Shown: positions 1-12,189, counted from the first letter of the stretch. The stretch is DNA of 64,000 nucleotides from Squalus acanthias (GCA_030390025.1 CM059431.1:44330001-44394000), one strand, 5' to 3'. Made by a program: numbers and translations. Notes: generated by a model from the letters alone, not told the origin.

Positions 1-450
1 CACTTAATGTTCAGTTGGTGTGCGACCACACATAGCGAATCCTTAATGTCAATGTCCGCTATCCTGGCAGCAGCCACGATGCCTTCATTATGCGCCAGCA
101 CTCTTCCAACCACCACACCAAGCTCGAGGGTGGCTGCTTGGAGACAGGGGCTATCCATTCTCCACCTGGCTCATGACTCCCCTCCGCAACCCCAACTCTC
201 GTGTCCAGCACTCATATAATGAGAGCCATGCTACCACCAAGAACATCATCGAGCAGACCAGCGGTTTACTGAAGCAATGGTTCCACTGCCTTGACCACTC
301 GGGAGGAGCCCTCCAGTACTCGCCAGAGCAGGTGTCCCATTTTGTGGTGGTTTGCTGCATGCTCCACAACTTGGTCATCATGAGGGCGCAGCCCTTGCCA
401 GCAGGGATTGCGGACCACCTCAGGAGGAGGACGAGGCAGAGGAGAGGATG
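1..450 (+). pseudogene. Harbinger transposase (HARBI1-like) C-terminal remnant
   Basis: Frame-shifted translation contains YNESHATTKNIIEQTSGLLKQWFHCLDHSGGALQYSPEQVSHFVVVCCMLHN, the C-terminal DDE-E region of PIF/Harbinger transposases, followed by an acidic tail. Confidence 0.85.
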
Positions 451-1033
451 AGGAGGAGGAGGAACAGGAGGGAGGGAGGAGGCAGTGAGACAATCGTTCT
501 TCTGGACGGGCTGTCTGTGACTGGCTCATCAAACTCCGATCGACATGAATGAAACCCCAGATCCCCGTAGCTCACCACATCCCCATCATACAATCCCTGT
601 CTCATGGCCTATTTATGTAAATAGTTGACCAATAGAACCCACAGGTGGTACAGGGATTGTCATCAGCCTGAGATAATGGTACCAACTGGGGTTCCACAGG
701 GGTCTGTTTGGGGAACTCCTTTGTTTAATATCTTCATAAATGATCTGGAGGTCGGAGTCAGAAGCACAATGACTAAATTTGCAGATGATACAAAGCTAAT
801 GAAGGTGGTAGACTCCAAAGCTGAGGTAGATAAGATACAGGAAGATTTGAATATACTTGGAATTTGGGCAGACAGGTGGCAGATGAAATTCAATGCAGAG
901 AAATGCAAAGTGCTTCACAAGGGGACAAAAATGGAGAAGGGACTACTACTTGAATGGAAAGAAAATAATGTGCATGGAAAATGAAACTGATGAGAGTCCT
1001 GATTGGCAATAAAGTGATGCTATCGCAACAATA

Positions 1034-1388
1034 CAGGAAACTCTTTATTAACCGGCACCCAAATATCCGGAAATCTCTCTTAACCGGCAAAATTCTTGAG
1101 TAGGTAACCGGGGTTTTCCTTCATCTCTCGTTTAAGATTAACTTTAAAAAATACCCCGAGGCGTTTGCCTTGTATCGGAGCGTGTAGATTGGGAGGGGAA
1201 TGTGCAGCCTGGGTAGGCAGCGGACACGACAGATGGTCAGCTGGCGGTCCCCGGGGAGACGGAGCTCCGAATGCAGGCGCATGTCAATGTGTACGGGGCT
1301 CTCGTACGTTGGGAGATATAACTCTCTGTTATCCGGACTTTTTGATAAACCGGCACCACACCGGTGCCGGTTAATAAAGAGTTTCCTG
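1034..1388. mobile_element. Tc1/mariner-type (pogo/Tigger-like) MITE
   Basis: Perfect 26-bp TIR CAGGAAACTCTTTATTAACCGGCACC, flanked by TA on both sides; non-coding. Confidence 0.9.
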
Positions 1389-1429
1389 TACTTGGTGACA
1401 GTGAGTAAAGCAAATTATATGTTGGGACA

Positions 1430-3086
1430 TGACATTGGATGATGAGATTGGTAATGAGGTAAGTGCATTTAAAATAAGAGAGGATATATTAAATAAACTA
1501 ATCAAACTCAAAGAGGATAAAACCCCTGGTCTGGATGGATGGCACCCACGCATTTTAAAAGAATTTAGGGAAGAGATAGCAGAGGCATTACTACACATAT
1601 TTAATAATGTTAGAAAAAGATGTAGTGCCAGAGGACTGGCGGATAGCTAACGTAATACCTATATGTAAGAAGGGGGATAGAACATGTCCAGGGAATTATA
1701 GACCAGTCAGCTTAACATCGGTGGGAGGAAAAATAATGGAATCCCTACTAAAGGAGAAAATAGAAGAACGTCTAGAAACCAAAAACATAGTAATGAATAG
1801 TCAGCATGGATTTCAAAAGGGAAAGTCTTGCTTGACCAACCTCATTGAATTTTTTGAAGAGGTAACAGAGTAGAAAGTGGTAATGCAGTAGATGCCATTT
1901 ATCTAGATTTTCAAAAGGCCTTCGATAAGGTACCCCATAATAGATCGATGAACAAGGTCAGAGAATGCGGAGTCAGGGGACAAATATCAGAATGGATAGC
2001 TAACTGGCTTCAAGACAGAAAGCAGAGAGTAGGGGTAAAAAGTAGCTATTCACATGGCAGAAGGTGGGTAGTGGTGTTCCACAAGGATCAGTGCTGGGAG
2101 CACTGTTGTTCACAATTTATATTAACGATTTAGACTTTGGAATCAAAAACACAATTTCTCAATTTGCGGATGACACCAAATTGGGGGGGATAGTCAATAC
2201 TGAGGAGGACTGCAACAAATTACAGGAGGACATTAATAAACTTGCAGAATGGGCAAATAATTGGCAAATGAAGTTCAACACTAACAAATGTGAGGTATTA
2301 CATTTTGGTAGGAAGAATAGGGAGGTCACTTATTACTTGGAGGGTGCGAGTCTAGGTGGGGTAGAGGAACAAAGGGATCTCGGAGTACAAATACACAAAT
2401 CACTAAAAGTTGCGACACAGGCTAGCAAGGCCATAAAAAAAGCAAACCAAGCACATGGGTTTATTTCTAGAGGGATAGAATTGAAATGTAGGGAAGTTAT
2501 GCTAAACCTGTATCGAACCTTGGTTAGACCACACTTAGAGTACTGCGTACAGTTCTGGTCGCCATATTATAAAAAGGATATAGAGGCACTGGAAAGGGTG
2601 CAGAGAAGATTTACAAAGATGATACCAGAAATACGAGGGTATACAGATCAGGAAAGGATGAACAGGCTGGATCTCTTTTCTCTTGAAAAAAGAATGCTGA
2701 GGGGTGACCTAGTAGAGGTCTTTAAAATTATGAAAGGTTTTGATAGAGTGGATACAGAGAGAATGTTTCCACTTGTGGGGAAGAGCATAACTAGAGGCCA
2801 TCAACATAAGATAGTCATCAAGAAATCCAATAGGGAATTCAGAAGAAACTTCTTTACCCAGAGTGGTGAGAATGTGGAACTCGCTACCACAGAGTGATTG
2901 AAGCGAAAAGTATAGATGCATTTAAGGGGAGGCTGGACAAACATATGAGGGAGAAGGGAATAGAGGGTTATGCTGATAGATTTAGATGAGGAAAGACGGT
3001 TAAAGGGTCGAGTGGAGCATAAACGCCGTCATGGACTGGTTGGGCCGAATGGCCTGTTCCTGTGCCATATATCCTATGTAATCCTC
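1430..3086 (+). mobile_element. CR1 LINE, 5'-truncated ORF2 (RT) plus 3' UTR
   Basis: ORFs 1607-1873 and 2064-2897 (NYRPVSLTS, QHGF, YINDL..FADDTKL, HLEYCVQFW) with frameshifts; ends in a short (ATCCTATGT)-like tail. Confidence 0.95.
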
Positions 3087-3699
3087 TTAAAAAGGCAATA
3101 TTGAGCCAAAATAGTGAGGTAATCATGCCAGTTTATAAATCATTGGTGTGACCGCACTTAGAATACTGTGTACAGTTCTGGTCGCCATAGTAGAAAAAGG
3201 ATATTGCAGATATTGAAAGGATACAGAAGAGAGTAACCAGCATGATTGAGGGGATGAAGGGATTGGATTATGAGGAGCGATTAAGTAAATTGGACATGTT
3301 CTCACTGGAAAAGAGAAGGTTGAGAGGTGATACAAATGCTGTCTTTAGGATTCTAAAGGAAAGAGATAATGTAGACCACGACGAACTGTTTCACATTGTG
3401 CAGTAGAACCAGAAGACACGGACTGTGCTGGAAGTGCAGTAAATTCAAAACTAATCTGCAGAAACATTGGCCCTGATATTAATCTGAAGGCGGCTTCCGA
3501 CCGGAGGAGTGGAATTGCGTGGGCGAAACTCGGAAGTCAACTCAGCGGGTCGGAATCTGTGATCACAAATGCATCGAAGCAACTAATTTTGACTTCCGTG
3601 TTTCGCGTCTCCAAGCTGCACAGGGGCGTGATGTGCACCCACATGACGCAATCTCAGCTCTATTTAAACGGACAATGTACAAATGAAAATTGGAGGTGT

Positions 3700-5530
3700 T
3701 CACAATTGATGGTGCACATCGAGCAAGGGCAGACTCAAATGACGCATGCCTGGAATTACTGCTGGGTGCAGTCAGGAGCAGGAGGGACATACTTTTCCCC
3801 AGCAATGGGAGGAAGAAACCTGCGGCTCTCACCAAGAAGGCATGGTCGGAGGTGGCTGAGGAGGTGAGCAGCAGGAACATTATGCCCCGGCCTTGGATGC
3901 AATGTAGGAAGCAGTTTAATGACCTAATCAGGTCAGGAAAAGTGAGTACATTTGCTGATTCACCTACATCCTGTGGTTTAAGCCCCCGCCCCCTTTCACT
4001 CTGTCTTGCCAAGTATACTCCATCACATCACTCCTCACACCCACTCAACTTTGAGCAGCTCCTAGAATTCACTTTCTATGCACTTCATCACCTCCCCATT
4101 TGTCCATCTACTGTTGCCACTCACACCAATCCTTATGCAATGTAAAGCATCTGCCCCATAGTCACCCTCACCGAATGCACTACATCCACCTGACCTTCAC
4201 TCACTCACAGGTCTATTTTTTGCCCCATGTAGAAAAGGGTGTAAAATGCAAGTCAGAGGGCGAGGACTGGCAGTGGCCCACCACAATAGTCCAGCTAAAA
4301 GATGCAGAGGAGGCCCTGGAGATATGTGCCATATTTGCGTCCCTCTCAATCAGAGATGGAAAGGGAACTTGCAGATAGCTGGTGGCAGAATTGCAAATAT
4401 ATCCGACACACATATGCTGATTTTATTTCATCAATGACAGAACTATGAGAAGACGGAGTATGATGATTGTCAAGATAGTGACTTTGCCACGACTAAATCA
4501 TATCCCTTTTGTCTTCCAGGGATTTCACGCGTTCAGCAAGTGTCGCAGGACATGCATGATGACGATTCCTTAGAAGACCTCATTCTTTCTGAGGGTGCAC
4601 CATCACAGGATGTACAGCCATGCACCAGCGCAAATACTCGCACTTCAGTGGGTCCACTTAAGCAGTTAGTTTCACTTGGTGATTCACAACTTGCAAGTGA
4701 GCACGAGCAGACACAGGGACAGCTGTGGAGAGTCCACATCGGGCCTATAACTATAAAAATAATTATCTGTATATTATATAACCACTGCACCAGTTTTGTA
4801 GAATGCTAACAATTTTTTTTATACAGAATACCTCTGCATCTTTTTTGCATTTCCTGCTTCTATTTCCAACTACTGATAGTGTAAGGGCAACTGAACACTT
4901 TGTTTTGTAGTTGCCAAATACTGTATTCATTTAACAGTTCTTAGTGAGACACTGTGTACTACAGACACAATTATGTAGAACAAGTGTAGTGTTTGCATGA
5001 AATGTTATCTGGATATTACAGTCAGTGTGCTAGAAAACTCCCCATCCTCTCCAAGCTCTGGCACAGATGCTGAACCCCGGGGGCTATCATTGAGAAGGAG
5101 AATGCTAGAGGTGTATCAGCAACTTAGCCAGATACTGACAGGTGTGCAACGCACACTCTCCACAATAGCGGAAAGGATAGAGGAGTCCAACTCGATCACT
5201 AATGGATTGGTGATGCAGGGAATTGTGAGAATGTCTGCCATGGAGAGAGTGGCCGTCTCCATGGAGCTTCGAGCATGGCTCTCAAATGAGTCCAAGTTTA
5301 TTGCCGTGCAGACTTTGATGCCAACTTGCCTGCCGTCTTAAACAGGATGACAGGTACCTTATCCGTGGCCTTACAACATGTCACTGATCTCCACCAAGCT
5401 GGTCTGCAGCAGAGTGGTAGGAGTGATGTGGCGCTGGCCCAGGAGAGGGATGATGGCAATAGGATACATGGAAGTGAGAATGCCACTCAAAGCACTCTCA
5501 GTCCTCACCCGTTGCCTCAGCCAGTACCCG
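3700..5530 (+). pseudogene. Harbinger Myb/SANT-like DNA-binding protein (NAIF1/MSANTD-like), spliced, degraded
   Basis: LELLLGAVRSRRDILFP..KKAWSEVAEEVSS..PRPWMQCRKQFNDL ends at a GTGAGT donor (3942). A downstream exon with RTGSGPP starts at ~4233 and a coiled-coil region lies at 5060-5420; stops and frameshifts present. Confidence 0.8.
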
Positions 5531-5897
5531 TGATTTGTTGATTAGATGTTAAACTGCAGCTTTCTTTACAATGTCGGTTTTCTTTGTCTGCATCGTTGTC
5601 GCTTGAAATATATGTACTTATTCAACGTGCTAATGATCGTAAGACTGAATTATATCTGTGACTAATAATTGTGTTTTGTAGGTAACAGAGCATGGGAAAA
5701 GTCAGTATGAATCCAGTATGAGGTGGTCTTGGTGGTGCCTCCTGTGTGAAGCATAAGGACTGTCAGGTACACTGACTAACGCGAGTAAGGTGACACAGTG
5801 GAAGTGGGAACCAAAAGTGATGGGAGACGGAATGAGTAGGAAGGAGGAAACAAGCTCCTACTCGATCTCTAGTCTGAACACCCGCGAGGGATTGTTC

Positions 5898-7585
5898 CTT
5901 AGAATCATAGAATGGTTACAGCACGGAAGAAAGCCATTCGGCCCGTCGAGCCCATGCCGGCTCTCTGCAAGAGCACTTCAGCTAGTCCCACTCCCCCGCC
6001 CTTTCCCCGGAGCCCTGCAAATCCTTTTCCTTCAGGTACTTATCCAACTCCCTTTTGAAAGCCGTGATTGAGTCTGCCTCCACCACCCTTTCAGGCATTG
6101 CATTCCAGATCCTAACCACTCGTTGAGTAAAAAGGTTTTTCCTCATGTCGCCTTTGGTTTTTCTGCCAATCACCTTAAATCTGTGTCCTCTGGTTCTCGA
6201 TCCTTCTGCCAATGGGAACAGTTTATCCCTATCTATTCTGTCTAGACCACTCATGATTTTGAACACCTCTATCAAATCTCCTCTCAATCTTCTCTGTTCT
6301 CAGGAGAACAACCCCAGCTTCTCCAGTCTATCCATGTAACTGAAATCCCTCATCCCTGGAATCATTCTCGTAAATCCTTTCTGCACCCTCTCTAAGGCCT
6401 TAACCATCCTTCCCAAAGTGCGGTGCCCAGAATTGGACACAATACTCCAGTTGAGGCCGAACCAGTGTTTTACAAGTTCATCATAATTTCCACGCTTTTG
6501 TACTCTATACCTCTATTTATGAAGCCCAGGATCCTGTAAGCTTTTTTAACTGCTTTCTTAACCTGCCCTGCCACCTTCAACAAATTGTGCACATATACCC
6601 CATGGTCTCTCTGTTCATGCACCCCCTTTAGGATTGTACCCTTTAGTTTAGAATTCCTCTCCTCATTCTTTCTACCAAAATGTATCACTTCGCACTTTTC
6701 TGCGTTAAATTTCATCTGCCACGTGTCCACCCATTTCACCAGTCTGTCTATGTCCTCTTGAAGTCTATCACTATCCTCCTCACTGTTCACTATACTTCCA
6801 AGTTTTGTGTCATCTGCAAATTTTGAAATTGTGCCCTGTACACCCAAGTCATTAATATATATCAAGAAAAGCAGTGGTCCCAGAACTGACCCCTGGGGAA
6901 CACCACTGTATACCTTCCTCCAGTCCGAAAAACAACCGTTCACCACTACTCTCTGTTTCCTGTCACTTAGCCAGTTTTGTATCCATGCTGCCACAGTCCC
7001 TTTTATTCCATGGGCTTCAACTTTGCTGGCAAGCCTATTATGTGGCACTTTGTCGAACACGTTTTGGAAATCCATGTACACTACGCCAACCGCATTGCCC
7101 TCATCAACCCTCTCTGTTACCTCATCAAAAAACTCGATCAAGTTGGTTAAACATGATTTGCCTTTAACAAATCCGTGCTGGCTTTCCTTAATTAATCCAT
7201 ACTTGTCCAAGTGACTGTTAATTTTGTCCCTGATTATCATTTCTAATAGCTTCTGCACTACCAAGGTTAAACTGAGTGGCCTGTAGTTGCTGGGTTTATC
7301 TTTACACCCTTTTTTGAAAAAGGGTGTAACATTTGCAATTCACCAGTCCTCTGGTACCACCCCCGTTTCGAAGGAGGATTGGAAGATTATGGCCAGTACC
7401 TCTGCGATTTCTTCCTTCACTTCCCTCAGCGTCCTAGTATGCATCCTATCTGGTCTTGGTGACTTATCTACTTTAAGTACAGCCAGCCTTTCTAGTACCT
7501 CCTGTTTATCAATTATTATCCCATCCAGCATCTCCTCTACCTCCTCCTTCACTATGTCTATGGCAGCATCTTCTTCCTTGGTGAT
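5898..7585 (-). mobile_element. CR1 LINE, 5'-truncated
   Basis: ORFs 7340-7600, 6470-7264 and 5982-6287 (QHGFVKGKSCLTNL, YINDL, FADDTKL, RVVRIWN); 3' tail at ~5900. Confidence 0.95.
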
Positions 7586-7659
7586 TCCTAGAATGTACAA
7601 TGTTGCCCTGACTATGATGACAACGTACTTGATTGAGGAAGGAACCAGTGTGTGTGTAA

Positions 7660-8219
7660 AATAATCAGGGAAAAGGAACCTACTGTGTCACTACTACTGC
7701 AACTAATATGCTTTACGGGTCTAACAGGACCTGTCCCATTTATCACCCCAGTTTCTGCTTCACACCACATCTACCCATAACCATCAATCAAGATGTTTTA
7801 CTCAATATCAAAACCTATGCTCAAGTGAAACTGACAGTAAATGAGATACTTTAGTATGAGCTGCACAATTATGTGGCACAATTCGGGTACAACATTCCCC
7901 TGTTGTCTGAGGGCTTCAGTGAGCTCGTGATGCGACTGAACTCCTCCCTAAAGCATTTTTATGTTTTGGAGCAAGACAACTCGAGAATAGATATTGAAAT
8001 TGACAGCATAGGGGGCGATTCACACTGGTGGGCTATCGGACTTAATATATCAGCACACCCTTGGGTTTTGTATTATTTCCACACGCTCTGGTAGTTCTCC
8101 AGCTTGTAATGGTAGTGTATTTGATGTATGTAATCCACTTAGTAAAAACTATGTTAAGGAGGCTGAAGCGCTGGACTGGACTATTGGAGGAGGCTCGACT
8201 CTGGAAGGACCTTAAATAA
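7660..8219 (+). pseudogene. Decayed viral envelope/fusion-glycoprotein-like ORF (C-terminal half)
   Basis: Frame 1 reads GKGTYCVTTTATNMLYGSNRTCPIYHPSFCFTP..FSELVMRLNSSLKHFYVLEQDNSRIDIEIDSIGGDSHWWAIGLNIS with one internal stop. After a frameshift at ~8070 come the hydrophobic VLFPHALVVLQLVMVVYLMYVIHLV and a basic tail RRLKRW..KDLK*. Confidence 0.55.
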
Positions 8220-8622
8220 AATGAAAAAAGAGAACTCTTCTCCACTGGCGCATAAGCCAATTGTGTACTTATGCCTATGACTAACCAGCACTAACAAATT
8301 AATTGAGCACACCGAAAGAGAAGATCTGAGACGAAGTAGAGAAGACCTCAGGTGGGGTAAGATCAAGAAAGATAGAAGAAGAAACAGAGGATACCCCAGG
8401 CAGAATTGGAACACTGGAACAGGGAATTGAATTTGAGTGAGGGGTTGGAAGACTGCTCCTCCCCCTCAAGTGTGTGGACTGTGAAAATACTGGGAAAGTC
8501 TCCACTTCACATTCACTTACTAACTAACCTGAAATAGACACACGGATTGAACCAATAATCTAGCGTTTGTACGGTTGGTAGAGGGTCAAAAATGAGGTGT
8601 CGAATAGAGTTTTCTCCCTCTT

Positions 8623-8760
8623 AAGGTGGGGAAGTCTGTTAGAAATTAGGAGTACCTAAATGTATATGGTTACGCAAATTAAATTGTGGCGCAAATAATA
8701 CTGTGTTTAGATGATTGTATTAGAGCTTGAGATAACATGTCTTCAGACTAGTATTAGAGT
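8623..8760 (+). mobile_element. Putative polypurine tract plus start of a 3' LTR (truncated)
   Basis: Purine-rich AAGGTGGGGAAG followed closely by TGTTAG at 8637, ~400 bp downstream of the env-like ORF. Confidence 0.4.
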
Positions 8761-9030
8761 AGCATGCTCTTCCTTGGTGAAGACAGATGCAAAGTACTCA
8801 TTTAGTACCTCAGCCATACCCTCTGCCTCCATGCATAGGTCTCCTTTTTGGTCCCTAGTTGACTTTTGGATTACCTTTTATGTTGGCTGCCATTCTATTC
8901 TCATACCCTCTCTTTGCCCCTCTTATTTTCTTTTTCACTTCTCCTCTGACCTTTCTTTATATATCCTGATTCTCAGATGTATTTGCAACCTGACATCTGT
9001 CATATGCGCTCTTTTTCTGTTTCATCATAT
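8760..9030 (-). mobile_element. CR1 ORF2 fragment (upstream of RT)
   Basis: Minus strand reads MEAEGMAEVLNEYFASVFTKEE, typical of CR1 ORF2. Confidence 0.75.
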
Positions 9031-9032
9031 TG

Positions 9033-9240
9033 GCTATCTGCCACCACCTGACGTGACAACCTCAGCCTGCGGAAGCATTGCTCTTCTGAGAAGTCAAAGA
9101 AGCTGAGCCTCTGTCTGTAAACCCTGTGACGTGGGTAGTGCCTCCAGCGACCTCGGACCCTCTCCTGTGACCTCCCTCCTGTGCACATACTGATCCCACC
9201 ACAGCGCGTCATCGCTGCCGTGGATGGTGATGGTCTTCCT
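9033..9240 (-). pseudogene. Harbinger transposase N-terminal remnant
   Basis: RHYPRHRVYRQRLSFFD and SEEQCFRRLRLSRQVVAD (across a frameshift) match the HARBI1-type N-terminus. Confidence 0.75.
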
Positions 9241-11237
9241 CTTCTGATGTGCTGTCAAATGCATCCAAAGTCTCTCCCATCCTGATCTTGTCAGTTTGAA
9301 AGGGTATCCACACAAGAACTCTCTGCCAGACATTTGCCAGAGGGAACTGAGACACCAGCTGTAATAAGTGTGCTTTTATTCAAATGGGGCAATCACAAGT
9401 TAAAATAACCACCTGAACAGATAAAATTTAAACCTAAATAAAATTCAATGTAAAAAGACCTCATTAACGTCTCCTAAGGACATTAATACAGCAATAAGTA
9501 CCCGCCACTTGCACTAATTAAAGCCTCGACTTCGGCGAGGAGGTTACTTGCAGGCATCCAAACACGCCTTCGTTAAACCCGGGAGTCGGTGCGTTGGAGC
9601 CGGGTTGCGGTCGTGATGTCAAATTCAGTTATAGTAACTACCTACCCACCCTCAAACCACCTTTTCTTGGGGGTTAAAATTCCCCCCATTATTTCAGTGA
9701 ACGAGTGGTAAATCTATGGAACATGCTCCCCAGGGAGAAGTCGGAAGCAGATAGTATTGATTCATTCAAATTAAGTCTTTCGTCTCTGCTGGGTCACATG
9801 ACTGAGGTGCTGAACAGTAACAATGTGGTTGCTTGGAGGAAATAGGGAAATAAAAATACACAGATGGGTCATTGCAGACCATTTCACTGCCACTTACACC
9901 ATAATATGATTCTGAGGTTGCCACTGCTGGTAGATCTAAAGTCAGCAGGTAGTAAATGTAAAGCAATGTAAATAAGCTCTTTAGAAAAAGTTACAGTTTG
10001 TTACTTTATTGCACATTGCTTCAATGTGGATTCATTTGACAGCTATAGCCATTATTGCAGGAAGCAGTTCTGCAATTGAAAATTAGTATTAGCTGGATTA
10101 ATAGCACCAATGGAATACGACTAGCGTGAAATTGCCTGTCAGCCCCTTAAGGTAGGGAATAATGTATTAAATGGAGTGTGGTGAGGGATGCAGCAAAGAA
10201 TGTTTTTCCTCTGTACTCCTCCTTAGGATATGGTCAGTTCCAGGCCGCCTGCTTCAACTGGAAGAGCACAGGCTGTGAATATTTCCTTCACCTCCACAGT
10301 TCGATAATTAGCTGACAAAAGATGCATCAGTTTTGGGCTTCATCCATTAACCACACAATGGACTAACTCCATCATCTATGTCGATATTTATCGTTATATC
10401 TTTCAGTGCCATTCTTAATGTTTTCCACCCAGTCTACCCCATATCATTCATAGTTGTTTTTGCATGAATAAAATTTGAATTATCCAATAATTTGAATTAA
10501 GAATTTAAATAACACAGAAAAGTGGGAAATTAATTCTAAAAATTGGGCAACTTTGAATTAAGAGGATTGGACCATATTTGTTGTCAGAACTCATCGTAAA
10601 TGTATGTTTTGCAAAAATAAGTAATGAATTTAACAACAGTAAACTGTCAGCACCTGAAAAAGCAGAACAACAACTTTTGGAATCTAGTTTCACAGTGGTA
10701 CTAGTTATCTAGTACTACAGAAAAGTATGTTAGAGGCTGTCATTTTGCTTTGACTCATCATTTTTTGGAGTATATTGTAATGGATCTGATGATTTATAAA
10801 TTACTTTAGAGCCAATTAGATCAGAGTCATTTTATAGCCATGATTTTTAGCCAACACTGTAAAATTCATCAAATTGCCTGCTGTTATCATACTATTCATC
10901 CGGTTCCAAAAATACCAGGCTATTTCTCAACTCCCTAATTACCCAATATAACCTTGCTGTTAAGAGATAGGTTGGTGATATCAGTTCTGTGACACTGACA
11001 ATATTTTTAAGGGGCTTTGCATAAAAGAAGCAGTTGGATTAAGAGACTGTTTCCTTGCCTTGGGGATGTTGGCTTTAAGGAGTTTCTACTTCATTACAGC
11101 CAGATACCCACACATTTTCACATCTAAAATAGGTATTTCAACAGTAATGATTGTTTGATAACCATTATTGTTGGACAATGAGATCAAATACAAAGAAAGA
11201 TGTATATGAATAACAAAAAATAAAGTGATAGAAGTAC

Positions 11238-11261
11238 CTTACATCTTCTTTGGTTAGTTCC
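11238..11261 (-). CDS. ELMOD1: ELMOD1 24-nt micro-exon (R)ELTKEDV(S)
   Basis: ttcttttag|...|gtactt; phase-compatible; similar to human RDITKEEIS. Confidence 0.8.
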
Positions 11262-12120
11262 CTAAAAGAAAAGGATGAAATTAAAATAATAGGATAATGG
11301 TCAACTAATATGATATTGGTACAATATGTGAATCTGCAACGAACAAAATAATCCACAAGATGGGATTGAGGTGAAGACATACATTCAGAATAACTTGTAC
11401 AAAAGGTGTGACTGTGTGTGGGGGGCTGGTGGGGGGTTTGCATACACTACATTTGCTATGTAGTTGAATTTATTTGAAGTAGGAATCTCAGCATCAGCAC
11501 TCCTTAAAAATTGGGATAAAGTTCATTACTTTGGTTTTTGAAATCTTTTTTCAATGACTGTTTCAGCAGATGACAATATGTTATTACGTTGATGAGGTAA
11601 CTGAACCATCAATGTGAGGAAAGTGAATACTAGTAAATATAATCATCTTCCCATTGTTATTCAAGAATATGATCACTTCAATTTAGCTTTCCCACATAAT
11701 GTATGACTCAGAAACGTTTATCCTTCATCTCCCATCCCAAACTAGGTCTCCCTAATAGATCAGCTCCACATGCCCATTTTTCTGTTTTTGATATTTGACT
11801 TCTTAAAGAATACGAACAGTGAGATTTTTTTTAAAGTTTAGCTTGTTGCGTTTCAGTAAGATGTCTCAACAGACATTATTTGGAGTGAAAACAGAGTTGA
11901 CCTTCAATAATATTGATCTTACATTACTACACTAAGGAATTCTATGCTGTGTTTTTAATTAGTATACAGGGCTGAAGTGTAGGTACACATTGTTACAAGT
12001 GCACAGGGTGATGCTAGCTCTAGATCAAAAAACCTACTGAAGTAAACCACTGAAATTGAACCCAGAGGTAATAACAACACATGCGAAATAAAGCATCTTG
12101 ACCGAATATGGGCAAGTTAC

Positions 12121-12189
12121 CTGTACTTTGGTTGGTGAGAATCAAAAAGAACTTGGCGTGCAGTTGCATTGTCATGTTCTGCAAAAAAA
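12121..12189 (-). CDS. ELMOD1: ELMOD1 coding exon FFAEHDNATARQVLFDSHQPKY
   Basis: 69 bp, AG/GT boundaries; similar to human YFAERDATAAQQVLSDSLHPKC. Confidence 0.92.

Larger units (their letters stand above)
3469..9687. mobile_element. Two-gene PIF/Harbinger DNA transposon (decayed), carrying nested insertions
   Basis: ATT TSD at 3466-3468 and 9688-9690. Termini are GGCCCTGATATTAA and TTAAAATTCCCCCC. Contains a Myb/SANT gene on + and a transposase 5' remnant on -. The flanks rejoin into a CR1 reading frame. Confidence 0.85.
680..9770 (+). mobile_element. Old CR1 LINE (RT to C-terminus) split into four pieces (~680-1030, 1391-1430, 3088-3468, 9688-9770) by younger insertions
   Basis: GVPQGSV..FNIFINDL..KFADDTKL at 688-800, then KANYMLGH (1407-1430), then EYCVQFW (3160-3185). 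The motif LQKH|YFSERVVNLWN is rejoined across 3468/9691. Confidence 0.75.

Noticed and set aside
1-11237. Remaining ELMOD1 3' exons (KFSKAEWEKK.., YSFAIVGINIT..)
   Set aside because: Not found by eye; probably beyond the window start.
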